From the NCBI GenBank assembly GCA_963754945.1, contig CAVWIG010000041.1, forward strand, positions 1 through 16,158: DNA of 16,158 nt. Direction: 5' to 3'. Source of the DNA: Methanotrichaceae archaeon. GTDB lineage: Archaea > Halobacteriota > Methanosarcinia > Methanotrichales > Methanotrichaceae. Below, piece by piece: positions 1 through 7,055 of the stretch (position 1 is the stretch's first letter; each line of letters starts with the position of its first letter). Made by a program: the position numbers and the translations under genes. The notes below the pieces were generated by a model. It had not been told where the DNA came from and made no database searches. It saw only the letters and a list, made by a program, of their open reading frames with translations.

Positions 1-353
1 CGCAAATCGACATATGCAAACTGAGCGATAATGTCTGGCAGAGTGCAATCCTCGATGAGAAGAGGGATAAAACGACGCTGTTTGTTAGTAGGATCGCGAA
101 AGAGAAGAGTCTGGTGTTCTAGCTTTGCCCATTCGGAATCGAAGTAGGCTGAAGACATGCACATAATTAAAATCCGAGATTTTTCCAACCCATGTTGGAT
201 CTCTAAGCCGATCAAATCACCCGGCTTGATTGCCCACTCATCAAGCCATAAGCGCAGCCCATCGTTCTTCAGGCGCTCGGCCAAAGCATGGACTGTCTCC
301 TTGTCCTTGGAGCTGTAGCTCAGAAAAACGTCGTACTCGAACGTTTTGCTCAT
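1..353 (-). CDS. TIR-domain protein (TIR_2 type); N-terminal 117 aa only, runs off the left edge
   Basis: Manual translation from ATG at 353 gives MSKTFEYDVFLSYSSKDKETVHALAERLKNDGLRLWLDEWAIKPGDLIGLEIQHGLEKSRILIMCMSSAYFDSEWAKLEHQTLLFRDPTNKQRRFIPLLIEDCTLPDIIAQFAYVDL with no stop. It has the TIR box YDVFLSYS..D, W-D...PGD, S-W---E (Glu79 at 117-119) and FIP. GGAG lies just upstream. Not in the ORF track. Confidence 0.93.
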   Translation of the reverse strand, partial: MSKTFEYDVFLSYSSKDKETVHALAERLKNDGLRLWLDEWAIKPGDLIGLEIQHGLEKSRILIMCMSSAYFDSEWAKLEHQTLLFRDPTNKQRRFIPLLIEDCTLPDIIAQFAYVDL

Positions 354-409
354 CGACTCTCCGCTATCCCTTTGGGTGTCGGTGTAGTTACAGTTCGATT
401 GTAATAAAT

Positions 410-1185
410 CTAATCCTTTCTTTTCTGACCAAGGATAAGGAACACAGCCCTCTTGAGGACCAGCTCATTATCTCCGTTCATGTATAGAAAACGTGATATA
501 TCTCTGTCCTGCAATCCTTTCTCTAACATATCTCTAATCTTCTCAAGGCTGCCTTCCGATTGATGCGCATGGCCCAGATACTCGACGAAGTTCAGCTCTA
601 TTTCCACAGTAAACGATCGAATCACCTTAACCTAGTTTCGGTCGAAGAGATCGACGAACTCCTGTCTGTGCAGCGTCGCATTGTGGCTGACATCGACTTC
701 CTTCTCCAGAGCCTCGAAGAACGAATTGACCTTCTGATCCTCATAAGCCATTATGTCCTGAACAGCCAGTCGTCCACCGCGCTCGCAGCCCCGCAGCATC
801 TCCTTGAACACAGTGGGGTAGATCTCCATGTGGTGAAACGCCGACCTGCACTGCACGACCGAGAACGAATTGTCGGCGCAAGGGATGCGCTCAACATCAT
901 GGCATTCAAAAGCGACATTGGCGAGACCACTGTTTTGGGCTAACTTATGCGCCAGCTCGATCATCCCTCAGAGATGTCGATTCCGTTGACGCGCTTGATC
1001 CTTCTTGCACAGAAAACAGAGAACTCTCCTGTTCCGCAGGCGACGTCCAGCAGCTCGTCAACTTTGCTCAGATCGATGAACTCGAAGTAGGCCTGCATGT
1101 ATACTTCATTCGTGGTGACTGACCAGTTTCTGAAGTTCTTGGCCTGTATGTCGAACTGTCTTTTTACGATCTCTTTGCGGTCCAA
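410..1185 (-). pseudogene. Class I SAM-dependent methyltransferase (UbiE/Methyltransf_11-like), in three pieces
   Basis: Motif I LLDVACGTG, GIDIS, IP-ADNSFSVV and GGRL. A 1-nt frameshift at ~964 (GAG GG ATG) joins ORFs 961-1185 and 632-964. An in-frame TAG at 632-634 precedes V-K-V and ORF 410-625 in the same frame. TTG start with upstream GGAG. Confidence 0.85.
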
Positions 1186-1236
1186 CTTTTCAGCTCCGGG
1201 AAGTGCCTTTCAAAATTGTCCGGCTGCGTGGATTAA

Positions 1237-1244
1237 TATATAAA
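1237..1244 (-). promoter_or_regulatory. Probable archaeal TATA box for the methyltransferase gene
   Basis: TTTATATA on the minus strand about 50 nt upstream of the TTG at 1185. Confidence 0.5.
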
Positions 1245-1303
1245 ATCTGTAGCAAAATACTTATTCGAAAATCCTCTAAAGGAGGGTTATCCAGGAATGT
1301 GCA

Positions 1304-1337
1304 ATGCGCTTAGCGCTGGCCACAGCGCTGAGCGTGT
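1304..1337 (+). other. 15-bp GC-rich stem-loop
   Basis: ATGCGCTTAGCGCTG-GCCA-CAGCGCTGAGCGTGT. All three non-Watson-Crick pairs are G:U on the + strand. Confidence 0.55.
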
Positions 1338-1418
1338 CTTTGCAACTGAGGCCTCATAATTTTCCAATATGAACTCTCTATCGTCTTTTGCGATTATGTA
1401 TTATGCATGTATTATGCA

Positions 1419-1847
1419 TTATGAATTAACTCTCATTCCATGGAAGGCGTTCTTTAGCTCCTCCAAATTGAAGGGCTTGATGATGTAGTCGTTCATCCCT
1501 GCATGAAGGCACATATCAACACTGTACAGATGAGCGTAGGCTGTGATGGCAATAATATAAGGCTGCTCAGCGGGTGGCAAACGAGCGCGGATGGCCTCTG
1601 TAGCCTGCAGGCCGTCCATCACCGGCATCTGGATGTCCATCAGTACAACATCGTACTTTTTGTTTTCCAGGGCTTGTAGCCCCTCCAGACCATTCACAGC
1701 CAAATCAGCCGTATAACCCATACGTTTGAGCATCGCCTGAACTATTCTCTGATTTACTTCGTTATCCTCTACAAGAAGCACACTCAGATGCCTTTGATCT
1801 TCACCGGTCACTGGAAAACCTCCTGGGCTACTATCTCTAAGCTGCAT
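1419..1847 (-). CDS. Stand-alone response-regulator receiver (CheY-like) protein
   Basis: VLLVEDN, DVVLMD (phospho-acceptor Asp), IQMPVMDG, AITA and KP motifs. No output domain. Confidence 0.92.
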   Translation of the reverse strand: MQLRDSSPGGFPVTGEDQRHLSVLLVEDNEVNQRIVQAMLKRMGYTADLAVNGLEGLQALENKKYDVVLMDIQMPVMDGLQATEAIRARLPPAEQPYIIAITAYAHLYSVDMCLHAGMNDYIIKPFNLEELKNAFHGMRVNS

Positions 1848-1880
1848 CTTTAATATGCTGCATTCTAATATAGTTGTCCT

Positions 1881-2123
1881 TCAAGTTTCAAAGAAGCACC
1901 TTGGCAATTGGCAGTTCCAGCCACTACAAAAGCCAGATGACCAAAGGACGAACAAAAGGATGAAGAAAAGGACTAACAAAAGGACGACGACATCGTTGCT
2001 CCAACAGATCAGATCATCAGAAATTCGTCGGGAACGAGGCTGGTTGCGAGCATCACCATGTTGATACATAATGAATACATGTACGCAATCGCTATCTATC
2101 AGGTCATTAGAACAAGTTGTCAT
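1881..2123 (-). CDS. Possible small single-pass membrane protein (start may be ATG 2069)
   Basis: Hydrophobic run VVVLLLVLFFILLFVLW followed by a Cys-containing tail. No recognised family. Confidence 0.25.
   Translation of the reverse strand: MTTCSNDLIDSDCVHVFIMYQHGDARNQPRSRRISDDLICWSNDVVVLLLVLFFILLFVLWSSGFCSGWNCQLPRCFFET
1941..1988. repeat. Four degenerate 12-bp tandem units
   Basis: ccaaaggacgaa / caaaaggatgaa / gaaaaggactaa / caaaaggacgac. Confidence 0.75.
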
Positions 2124-2424
2124 CCATTTTCTATTAATGGTTCATGGGCTGAAGACTGTGATGCTCTACTGACCTGCAGTAGGAACCTGGAGGGACTGAG
2201 GGACGATTTAACCACGATAATCCACTGAACTTAAGAGAAGGATTCAGGTGATTCGATTCATGTCTTGCTGATGGAGGATGGCTGTGCAGGGTGGCCGTTA
2301 TTCGATTTTCGTTCATCTATCAAGTTTATATATACTATGTATCAAATCTATATATACGTTAAATGTCAAATTCTATCCGATGTTTGAATTCATTGCCAAA
2401 TCGGAAGCTGATCATGTAGTATTA

Positions 2425-2646
2425 ATGATGATGACTATATGGGCAATGATCATAGGATATATTGAGATGTTCCAAGCAACGCTGCATTCGACCGGCGCTG
2501 ATTGGATTGTATGGCCAGGTCTCCTCATTGTTGCATGGTGGGTATTAGTTGGGAAAACGTGGGCCGTTTTAAAGCTAGTTTCCTTACCAGTAATCGCAGT
2601 GGCAACCTACTTTGTATTATTTATATCGTATCATGCTATAATTTAA
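2425..2646 (+). CDS. Small hypothetical membrane protein (~73 aa; alternative start 2380)
   Basis: Two to three hydrophobic Trp-rich segments. TTTATATA at 2325-2332 lies inside the longer 2278 ORF, which favours a later start. Confidence 0.4.
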   Translation: MMMTIWAMIIGYIEMFQATLHSTGADWIVWPGLLIVAWWVLVGKTWAVLKLVSLPVIAVATYFVLFISYHAII

Positions 2647-2866
2647 CCTGTCATAAGAAGGCGTTATGACCCTTGTGACAAAATCCTTGAACCTGTGTAC
2701 ATTTGCGCCCCAGGTCCGTCGTCATCTTGTCCATATCTTCGTCATCAGCGCCAGCTCCTCCTCGCCAGCCTCGAGCTGATCCTTTGGCTCCACAAATGCA
2801 ATCGTGAAATTTTATAATATCAATGGGAGGAGGATTCCTATAACCTCTATCCCAAAACATAGTATG

Positions 2867-2880
2867 GAAAAATTTATATA
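2867..2880 (+). promoter_or_regulatory. BRE + TATA promoter of the IS5 transposase
   Basis: GAAAAA-TTTATATA ends 21 nt before ATG 2902, a spacing typical of a leaderless archaeal mRNA. Confidence 0.65.
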
Positions 2881-2901
2881 CTAACAATACTATCGTATAA
2901 T

Positions 2902-3087
2902 ATGGATTCGGTTACTACGTGGATGCTTCGAGGTCTTTATGCAAAACAAGAGAAGTCTCGACTATCGCAGATATCGGATAGGATAGTTAGTTACTACAGT
3001 CCAAAGGGTTCACATAAAAATGATGGTTACCGCATTCGCTTTCACTTCTATCAACTCTGTACATTGAAAAATGCCGGAATCATTTGA
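2902..3087 (+). pseudogene. IS5-family transposase remnant (N-terminus joined to C-terminus)
   Basis: N-terminal MDSVTTWMLRGLYAKQEKSRLSQISDRI, junction at ~2986, then LVTTVQRVHIKMMVTAFAF[N]FYQLCTLKNAGII*. This resembles the termini of methanogen IS5 transposases as I recall them. The DDE core is missing. Confidence 0.75.
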
Positions 3088-3213
3088 CTTAGCGGAAGCT
3101 GTCAAAAATCGACCGAAAAAGAGGGTAATTCAAGGAAATTAGACATCTGGAGAACGAAAATAGCGCGGACCTTTGAGAACAACCTCTGGAGGAGCAAGTA
3201 AATAGGAATCCTC

Positions 3214-3254
3214 ATATGAAGATTTCATAGATACGATTGGTGATATTTCCTTTA
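3214..3254 (-). pseudogene. Probable continuation of the SIR2 gene beyond the IS701-like insertion
   Basis: Removing 3255-4814 and one duplication copy restores the frame ...NLLKE-ISPIVSMKSSY, which then runs into the IS5 right end at 3213. Confidence 0.5.
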
Positions 3255-3326
3255 CTGTACTTTCCAACTTTTTCGTATATTTATAATATCATCAGATTAA
3301 ATTAGAATATAAATTTAATAAAAAAA

Positions 3327-3470
3327 GTCAAACGGCGGCGGCGCACCCCGCTGCAAGCAGGCGGGGCATGCGAGGCGCCGCCGCATGAAGTTGATACTAA
3401 ATCGATCTGATCAATTCCTAAGTCGGACACGGATGCCCTTTATCCCCGATGCAAGCATCGGGGTATTACG
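3327..3470 (+). mobile_element. Putative non-autonomous twin-hairpin element (IS200/IS605-type ends, PATE-like); boundaries approximate
   Basis: GC-rich island in AT-rich DNA with CCCCGCTGC-AA-GCAG(G)CGGGG (3346-3366) and CCCCGATGC-AA-GCATCGGGG (3444-3463). The first is enclosed by a perfect 10-bp stem (3335-3344/3375-3384) and by GTCAA...TTGAT (3327-3331/3391-3395). No ORF. Confidence 0.6.
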
Positions 3471-3528
3471 ATAAAAATAAAAAGTAAGGGTTTTATACTA
3501 GGATCAAATTCTCTCTTTTGGGAGTAGA

Positions 3529-4764
3529 ATGATCAAAATAATAAAGGTACCATTACAATTAGAGCCGTTCTTGAATGAATTTCAGGATCTTTTTACGAAA
3601 CCGAGTTATGGATCGTTTCGAGATTTGTGTGGAGCGTTAAGCGTGTGTGATAAATCCAAGACCGTTTCCAACCTTTGTGATACTATGGCCGAATGTAGGA
3701 AAGGAAAAAAAGCACGCTCTTCGTACAATTGGTTCTTTAGCGATGCGAATTGGGACGAGGATGAAGTTGCTCAACGCAAAGTGGACCTTTTTATTGAGAA
3801 ATTATGTTTAAAAGAAAATGATAGAATGTTGTTAATAATTGATGACACATACAATGAGAAGGAAGGAACTCAAACGGAAGGTGTAGGAAAATTTTATGAT
3901 CATAGTAAAGAAACCTACATTTGGGGTAACAATTTTGTTACCTCTGTTATCCAATCCAAAGGATTATTCATACCACATAAAGCTAAGATGTATATCAAGA
4001 ATGATGACGAAAATGAGAATTTTAGAACAAAAATGGAGATTGCCTTGGACGAGATCATTGAACCATTAGAAGTACCAAAAAGCATGGACCTTTATATCGT
4101 TTTCGATAGCTGGTGGTTTTCTTCTGATCTCTTTAACAAGTGTCTCAAATTAGGGCATAATATAGTCTGCCAAATCAAATCTGATAAGAAAATCAGGATA
4201 AATAAGGACATGTGTTTTCAGGTTAGAGACTTAGCAAACCAAATTGAGGATAAGTATTTTATTAAGACAACTATTAGTGTTCGGGGCAAAAAGAAGACCT
4301 ACTATGCATTTGAAAAGAAGGTAGTCATAGACAAGGTAGGCGAAGTTAAACTTGTAGTCTCAAAGAGAAAAAAGGAGAGCACTACAAAATATTTTATAAG
4401 CACTAATGAATCGCTTTCGTCGAAAGAAATACTCTCAATTTACGAGGATAGATGGGATATCGAGACGGCCCACAGAGAGACAAATCAAAAATTAGGATTC
4501 AAAGATTACCAATTAAGAGAAAAACAATCAATTGAAAGATTTATTCAGCTAGTCTTCTCAGTATGGACTGCGATTCTCTTATGGGAAATAGACAATCCGC
4601 CATCTGGGGACGGTTCAAATCCAAGAACTATGGGCGACATGATCGACCTAGTAAAAATGCAAGCATTAGGTGAAACATTTGAATATGTGCTGATGTATTT
4701 TAATATACCCGTACCGGAAGGCGGATTGCTTTATATACTCAGAAGCATGGGATTGAAAATATAA
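3529..4764 (+). CDS. IS701-like DDE transposase
   Basis: 411 aa with IIDDT, VFDSWW and YEDRWDIETAHRETNQKLG (Y-2-R-3-E signature; N in place of the usual K). GGAG RBS at 3521-3524. Confidence 0.93.
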   Translation: MIKIIKVPLQLEPFLNEFQDLFTKPSYGSFRDLCGALSVCDKSKTVSNLCDTMAECRKGKKARSSYNWFFSDANWDEDEVAQRKVDLFIEKLCLKENDRMLLIIDDTYNEKEGTQTEGVGKFYDHSKETYIWGNNFVTSVIQSKGLFIPHKAKMYIKNDDENENFRTKMEIALDEIIEPLEVPKSMDLYIVFDSWWFSSDLFNKCLKLGHNIVCQIKSDKKIRINKDMCFQVRDLANQIEDKYFIKTTISVRGKKKTYYAFEKKVVIDKVGEVKLVVSKRKKESTTKYFISTNESLSSKEILSIYEDRWDIETAHRETNQKLGFKDYQLREKQSIERFIQLVFSVWTAILLWEIDNPPSGDGSNPRTMGDMIDLVKMQALGETFEYVLMYFNIPVPEGGLLYILRSMGLKI

Positions 4765-4814
4765 TTTGATATAATTTAGAAAATATAAATAAAGGAGAAA
4801 CTTGGAAAGTACAG

Positions 4815-5823
4815 CTCCTTTAGTAGATTACTATCATTTTTCAATAATTTCTTCAAATCATCTTCTATTTCTTTAAAACTTGGTCTAAATCTTATTATGT
4901 AATGGTATTTATCTGATCTTGTTCTTTTTTTATTTACTGTATCAAGTAACCGCCTTAGATTGGGATCTGTTAGGGACAATCCTACAAGAAGACAAGTATT
5001 ATTTTTAAATTTATTTATTTGTACTTTATTGTTCCAAATGCTTAATTTATTGTACAGGATATGGTATGTTTCTTCGCCTAAAATAATTCTATTCTTACTT
5101 GATAAATTACCGCTACGAGGCAAGAATCCGTGAACATGGTATATGGGCAAGCTCTTGTCGTTCTTTATTCCGGAAAAATAAATCGGCTTGAAAGAAGAAT
5201 TTTCCCCATATATATTTAGGTAATATTCTAAAATATCATCATAATTGTAGGTTATAACACTATCAAGTACTTTTTTATCTTTATAAAATGAGCACAATCT
5301 AATGATTTCTTTGAGTAATTGCGTATATTTCAAGCGTGTTCCTCTATAAATTGCACATCTAACAAACCTTTCAAAAATGATACTTTCATCCATATTAGGA
5401 CCCAATCGGCAGCGTTGTTGTATATTTCTCGCTATAATTAGCTCACTTTTTATATCGAATAAATTCAAAAAAAATTTTATCCATAATTAATGATTGATTT
5501 TCATTGTCATTTTGGGCGTAGCGCAAATTTCTACTCAATTTCTTCAGTAGACCGCTCCAATCTGGCAAACCGCTACCTATCGAAACACCTGAGCCGAGTA
5601 CAAGGACTAATTCTCCGTTATTGTAGGCACGATTAATATCACACAATGAAGTGGATTCTTGGACTACTTCAAAAGGATATTTCTGTTTAAATATATTAAT
5701 TAAATTACTAATATTCAATTCTTCCAGGCTTAGACCGCTCAAGTCATTAAGGGTTAAACTTTTCAAATCGTTAAGTGTGACAGATCTACAGATTTCATCA
5801 GTTAAATCAGGACTCTCAATCAC
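4815..5823 (-). pseudogene. SIR2-family (SIR2_2-like) protein, frameshifted and IS-interrupted
   Basis: LVLVLGSGVSIGSGLPDW, VITYNYDDILE, IYHVHGFL and LLVGLSLTDPNL motifs are split over ORFs 5443-5823 and 4776-5468. The frameshift is in a T8 run (5467-5474). The apparent C-terminus LYFPSFSFIYIF is read from the IS right end. GTG start with AGGTGG RBS. Strongly AT-rich. Confidence 0.9.
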
Positions 5824-6044
5824 AAAACACCACCTTTAACTTAACAATATCTAATAAAACGCAAAATTAGTATTTATACAGCCCCCGAAACGCAGCCACA
5901 TAGGCCGCGCTTCTGGGACTTCCCCTCCTCGTCTAATAGTTGTTGATGTACCGATAATCGTGAATCGCGTTTCAAGCCAGGCGTTGCGCCCAAACCTCGA
6001 ACCGACAGTCCGACCAACTATCGCACATCATCCCATATGAACTT

Positions 6045-7037
6045 TTACTTCTTCAGCCAGGGCATCATGGCCCGGAGCTCTGCGCCCACCTGTTCGATGA
6101 GGTGCTCGGACTCGATCTTCTCCAGCGACTTCTTCACAGGGAGCCCGGCCTGGCCCTCCAGGATCCACTCGTTGGCAAATGCGCCGGTCTGGATGTCGTT
6201 GAGGATATCCCTCATTGCTTCGCGTGACTCATCGTTTATGATCATGCCGCCGCGAGTCATGCCGCCGTACTCTGCAGTGTTGGAAACGTTGTTCCACATG
6301 CGCATCAAGCCGCCCTCATGGATCAGGTCCACGATCAGCTTCAGCTCGTGGCATGTCTCGAAGTAGGCGATCTCAGGCTGGTAGCCAGCCTCTATGAGAG
6401 TCTCGAAGGATGCCTTGATCATCTCTGTTACGCCGCCGCACAGGTCCACCTGCTCGCCGAACAGATCAGTCTCCGTTTCCTCTGTGAAGGTGGTCTCAAG
6501 AACGCCCGCCTTTGTCCCGCCGATGCCCTTGGCGTATGCCAGAGCTCTCTTCAGGGCTGCACCTGAGGCGTCCTGCTCCACTGCAACGAGGCAAGGCACT
6601 CCTATGCCCTCCTGGAATGTCCTTCTGACCAAGTCGCCCGGCCCCTTGGGAGCCACCATGACAACGTCCACGTTCTTCGGTGGAACTATCTGGAAGTAGC
6701 GGATGTTGAAGCCGTGGGAGAACCCGAGGATCTTTCCCTCCTCAAGATTTGGCTCGATCTGTTCCCTGTAGATCTTTCCCTGATACTCGTCCGGCAAGAG
6801 GATCTGAATGTAGTCAGCGGCCTTTGCGGCATCGGCCACGCTCATTACTTTCACGCCGTCCTTCTCTGCTCTCTTCCAGGCTGCAGAGCCCGGCAGGTCG
6901 GCCGCAATGACGTTCAAGCCGGAGTCCTTCAGGTTCTCTCCCTGGGCGTGACCCTGGTTTCCCCATCCCACTATTGCGATTGTCTTGTCCTTCAATACCT
7001 TCAGATCTGCATCCTTGTCATGGTATATAGTTGCCAT
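6045..7037 (-). CDS. ilvC: Ketol-acid reductoisomerase
   Basis: GWGNQGHAQ nucleotide-binding motif, [25 protein letters not shown] and [15 protein letters not shown]. Confidence 0.98.
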   Translation of the reverse strand: MATIYHDKDADLKVLKDKTIAIVGWGNQGHAQGENLKDSGLNVIAADLPGSAAWKRAEKDGVKVMSVADAAKAADYIQILLPDEYQGKIYREQIEPNLEEGKILGFSHGFNIRYFQIVPPKNVDVVMVAPKGPGDLVRRTFQEGIGVPCLVAVEQDASGAALKRALAYAKGIGGTKAGVLETTFTEETETDLFGEQVDLCGGVTEMIKASFETLIEAGYQPEIAYFETCHELKLIVDLIHEGGLMRMWNNVSNTAEYGGMTRGGMIINDESREAMRDILNDIQTGAFANEWILEGQAGLPVKKSLEKIESEHLIEQVGAELRAMMPWLKK

Positions 7038-7055
7038 TTTGTTCCTCCTATTCCC

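Larger units (their letters stand above)
2830..3213 (+). mobile_element. Internally deleted IS5-family element (384 bp, MITE-like)
   Basis: Perfect 12-bp terminal inverted repeats GAGGATTCCTAT (2830-2841) and ATAGGAATCCTC (3202-3213) enclose transposase N- and C-terminal fragments. No target duplication visible. Confidence 0.8.
3255..4814 (+). mobile_element. IS701-like (IS4 superfamily) insertion sequence, 1560 bp
   Basis: TIRs CTGTACTTTCCAACTTTTTC (3255-3274) and GAGAAACTTGGAAAGTACAG (4795-4814) match at 18/20. Flanks TTCCTTTA (3247-3254) and CTCCTTTA (4815-4822) match at 7/8. Encloses one intact DDE transposase. Confidence 0.92.

Noticed and set aside
230-943. Plus-strand ORFs 230-487 and 560-943
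   Set aside because: Antisense shadows of the TIR and methyltransferase genes, with no motifs.
1393-1424. TATTATGCA-like short repeats at the receiver gene stop
   Set aside because: Three to four short degenerate AT-rich units, most simply local slippage.
1855-2316. ORFs 1855-2064 (+) and 2134-2316 (-)
   Set aside because: No recognisable motifs or RBS. The first merely reads the 12-bp repeat on the opposite strand.
2651-2887. 78-aa minus-strand ORF
   Set aside because: Starts inside the IS5 left end and crosses its boundary, so it is a chimeric chance frame. It does not resemble the missing SIR2 C-terminus.
3139-3213. Apparent SIR2 C-terminal tail EDSYLLAPPEVVLKGPRYFRSPDV*
   Set aside because: Lies within the IS5 right end (starting at the TIR), so it is read-through into the element.
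3335-3463. Palindromic repeats as a CRISPR array or tRNA
   Set aside because: Only two related hairpins ~98 bp apart, no repeat-spacer periodicity, no cas genes and no cloverleaf.
5880-6040. Possible att site or tRNA remnant at the island/core junction
   Set aside because: The composition shift is clear, but I found no tRNA 3' end, direct repeat or integrase in the window.
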